Below the pieces are notes generated by a model, which had not been told where the DNA came from, made no database searches, and saw only the letters and a list, made by a program, of their open reading frames with translations. The position numbers were made by a program, and so were the translations under genes. A stretch of 53,126 bases of DNA, counting the filler, from Catajapyx aquilonaris (taxonomy: Eukaryota): the NCBI GenBank assembly GCA_000934665.2. It is 2 parts of 2 records of this genome, joined end to end, with 100 filler letters (N's around TTAATTAATTAA, not from the genome) between each part and the next. Parts side by side here need not be neighbours in the genome. Positions count along the whole stretch, not along the records: positions 26,412 to 53,126 come from KZ539309.1; 1 more part is not named here. The stretch is one strand, 5' to 3'. This document shows positions 50,111 to 53,126 of this stretch, one piece after another (positions within the stretch are counted from its first letter, which is position 1; every line of letters starts with the position of its first letter).

Positions 50111-51063
50111 TTATTTTGATGTTTATTTTTTATTATTGTTACTATACAGCGGGCATTTAAATTTTTTTTGAAACATAATGAAGAGCCGCGGTCGCATTTT
50201 TGGACCGTCCAAAAATAGCTACTTTTTATAGCCACTTTCACTGGTTAATAAATTAGGTGCTATTATTAGGCCACATATCACATATCCAAGCTTACAATAT
50301 TAATGACCAGTTATGAATGGCCCATTGGGGCAATTTGCATTGAACTTCAAATTAATTGCAAGCTTCACGGTGTGATAAAACACATCCTAATATTAGCAGC
50401 TAATACTAAATGTACAGGTAGCTACTTAAAATAAGCAGCTTGGTCCAAAATGGCTGAAACTGATAGTTCAGTTGGTCGGTGAAATAAATATGTAATTAAA
50501 ATAAACTCTAATTACGATTATTTATTTGTCATATAATGAATGGAAAATGCTGCTATGCGAATTCGAGCCCAGGGCTTGCTGAAGTAGCAGCTTATTCGGA
50601 TGGTCACTTTCGCTTTTTCTTCAAGAAGTGAATTGAATCACCTATCCTGCACGCACGCTTGGTGATGAATGTTGTCAACCCGAGCGACGCGCGCACAAAC
50701 CGGACAAACCTGCATTGCACATACTGGATATAAATTAACTCCAATTTATTAAGTTGGTCAGCAGGTTCATTCCATTAGTCCCAGTCGCCACCGGTGTTAT
50801 GTGGTGCAGCATGTGCCCCCGCGGAATAAATTTCGCAGGACTAATTACATCGTGCAGCATATCTATAAAACAAAATTTTTAAAAAAGAGCGTGATTCGAG
50901 TAAACTTTTTTCTCAAATTCAAATTGGACAACAACGACATGGAATGTTGTCAGTCTCATTTTCGGCGTTCCCGAGTAACCTAAGAAAAATAATATCTAAA
51001 TCATGTAGACTCGACCTTGAAGGATAGAGTGAACCTTGAAGACCGGAAGTGGATGGTCACCGG

Positions 51064-51215
51064 AAGTTGATCATGAAACCTAGTGTCCGCTGAATCTGAA
51101 TCCGAAAACCATTTGTAGCTATTCCTTGCGGTTTAGGCCCTGATACCTGTCCACAGACAGACGGACGGACACATGGCTTTCTATAAGCCTTGTTTTTCGA
51201 ACGAGAAAAAAAGGT
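51064..51215 (-). mobile_element. Helentron/DINE-like non-autonomous element fragment, copy B (inverted relative to copy A)
   Basis: The reverse complement reads acctttttttctcg...cttatag...gtgtccgtccgtctgtctgtggacaggtatca...ggttttcggattcagattcagcggaca. The GTCC/GTCT microsatellite is typical of DINE-like elements. Confidence 0.65.
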
Positions 51216-52084
51216 TGCACATGCAGCAGGATGCCAACAGAATGAATGGCGCTCCTTTTGGACTACCTGTTGCGCTTCCGCCTTGACTTTTATATAGCAA
51301 CCCAAACCCTACTCTTCCTAAAAGTGGGGCATACGCATACAAGTGTGAAACGCTTGATGATCCGTTGCCAACTCTTCCGATTTGAAATGCACCCGGATTG
51401 GGCCATGCAACTCCCCCCCTACAGCTCCACCTTTTTTTTTTTTTCTTCCTTTGGGTCCTCCCCACCCAAAATGTAGGCCAAGCAAACGAGGCCGACAATC
51501 GACCGCTCTGCCACACCATTTTTCTCTCTTCCAAGTCCAAACACACTAAACATCATCAACAAATCGACTCCACCATCCACCATGAGAAATGATAGGTGCC
51601 AATCCTGCAAGTTAGACGACACTGGTTGCATAACGTGCAGGATGATCCCTATCACTAATATGCGTTATATCAACTAGCTACTATTCAAACATGTCATGTT
51701 TGGCGACCTGGGTCATACACACACAGTACTTGTAACATACATCGGCGCCGTCCTCTCTTCGCGCATCCTATTGATTGGCAGCGTCGCTTGACCGCTGCGC
51801 CTTCCCCCACCACCCCATCCACCATCCCCCTCCCTCACTCCCCGCCCCAAAAAAAGACAAAAAAAAATCTTGGCCCCCGTCACCATGGCAACTGCGCCCG
51901 CCCAAAACACAGTTGCCCAATTTCGAGCCCCACACTTGCGCATTACCACCAATTTTTTTGTGTGGGTTCCCGCCCACTTTCAATTTTTAATCTCGATTAT
52001 TATCGGAAGCTGCATTCGCAAATGATTTTTTTTTTACACACATTTCTGGATGTAATTAGCTTAATTGCTATGACGTCATAATAA

Positions 52085-52925
52085 TCTGGTGGTCACTCCC
52101 GAAACTTTTTTGATGACGTAACAATAGCAGGTGAAGAGTCGCCTGGCACTCCTGACAAACGTCTGACTGACGCCATCAAAATATTTGCAGGAAATTTGCA
52201 CATCATTTTAAGATGTAGTTTTAAAAATTGCGCCCCATTTTGGATGACGTAAGAATTACCAGATGAAGCAGATGAGATTTTCAGTTCACCTGGCACTTCT
52301 GTAAACGCGTCCAAATGACATCAAAAATGGGGCAAAAAAATTTTAAGCAAAAATGTTCGTAAGACGCAAAATTGCAAAAATTAGTTTTAAAAAATTGTGC
52401 TCATTTTTGATGGCTTAAGTATTACCAGATGAAGCAGACACGATATTCACCTCATCTGGCACCCCTGGAAACGTCCAACTGACGCGAACTGACGTCATCA
52501 AAAACGGGGCAAAAAATTTGCACAAAATGGGCAAAATTACAAAAATTAGTTTTAAAAATTGTGCTCATTTTTTGATGGCTTAAGTATTACCAGATGAAGC
52601 AGACGCGAACGGACGTCATCAAAAACGGGGCAAAAAAGCTTTGCACAAAATGTTCATAATGGGCCAAAATTACACAAATTAATTTAAAAAATTGCATTCA
52701 TTTTTTTAAAAGATATGAACATTACCAGATAAAGCAGATACGATAAGTTCATATGGGACCCCTGCAAATGTCATTGGGCAAAAATGTTCATAATGTGCAA
52801 AATTTAAACAAATTAATTTTAAAAAAATTGCTCCAATTTTTTAAGGACGGAAATATTACCAGATGAAGCAGATGCCAGCTGAATGAGATTTTCACCTCAC
52901 TTGGTACCCCTGCGAACTAACGTGT
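52085..52925. repeat. Tandem repeat of ~135-166-bp units, about 5-6 copies
   Basis: attaccagatgaagcaga at about 52255, 52421, 52587, 52721 and 52856; catcaaaaa-ggggcaaaaaa and aattagttttaaaaattg also recur. Confidence 0.92.
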
Positions 52926-53126
52926 CATCAATCGCCGCAATTAAAAAAAAATTAATTTCCGTAATTTTGTGCCTTATTATTACTTGCCCAAACCCAGAAT
53001 ATTTCGCTCGCCCTGATATTTCCCAGTTAAGAATATGGAAATGACGAAATATAAATTAATTGCACATAAATAGGGTGTCATGAAGGTCGCCTACGTATAG
53101 AGTGGCATCTTGCCCACACGATGGCA

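Overview
Eukaryotic, arthropod-like genomic DNA that is almost entirely non-coding. It appears to be long intronic and upstream sequence of a minus-strand immunoglobulin-superfamily cell-adhesion gene. The only convincing coding segment is a 178-nt exon (13092-13269, minus strand, ag|...|gt) encoding the first half of a V-type Ig domain, which from memory resembles neuromusculin or the Sidestep/nephrin-type proteins. A correctly spaced Inr+DPE core promoter with a downstream splice donor (37671 to 37429, minus) is a plausible first exon, but two assembly gaps separate it from the Ig exon. One of those gaps is an artificial N44-TTAATTAATTAA-N44 spacer. The rest is rich in non-autonomous mobile DNA: a Tc1/mariner-type fold-back MITE, a Harbinger-like MITE, a tRNA-derived SINE with a 13-bp TSD, Helentron/DINE-like fragments and a (CCTAA)n-containing element. 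There are also many micro-, mini- and ~150-bp satellite arrays. The other ORFs in the track look like noise. I found no intact transposase, RT, rRNA, functional tRNA or CRISPR-Cas system, and I cannot claim a new biological system. The most unusual structures are a ~17-copy stem-loop array with variable linkers (26.5-27.3 kb) and a 10-copy array of NRF1/Erect-wing-like sites (43.5-43.9 kb).
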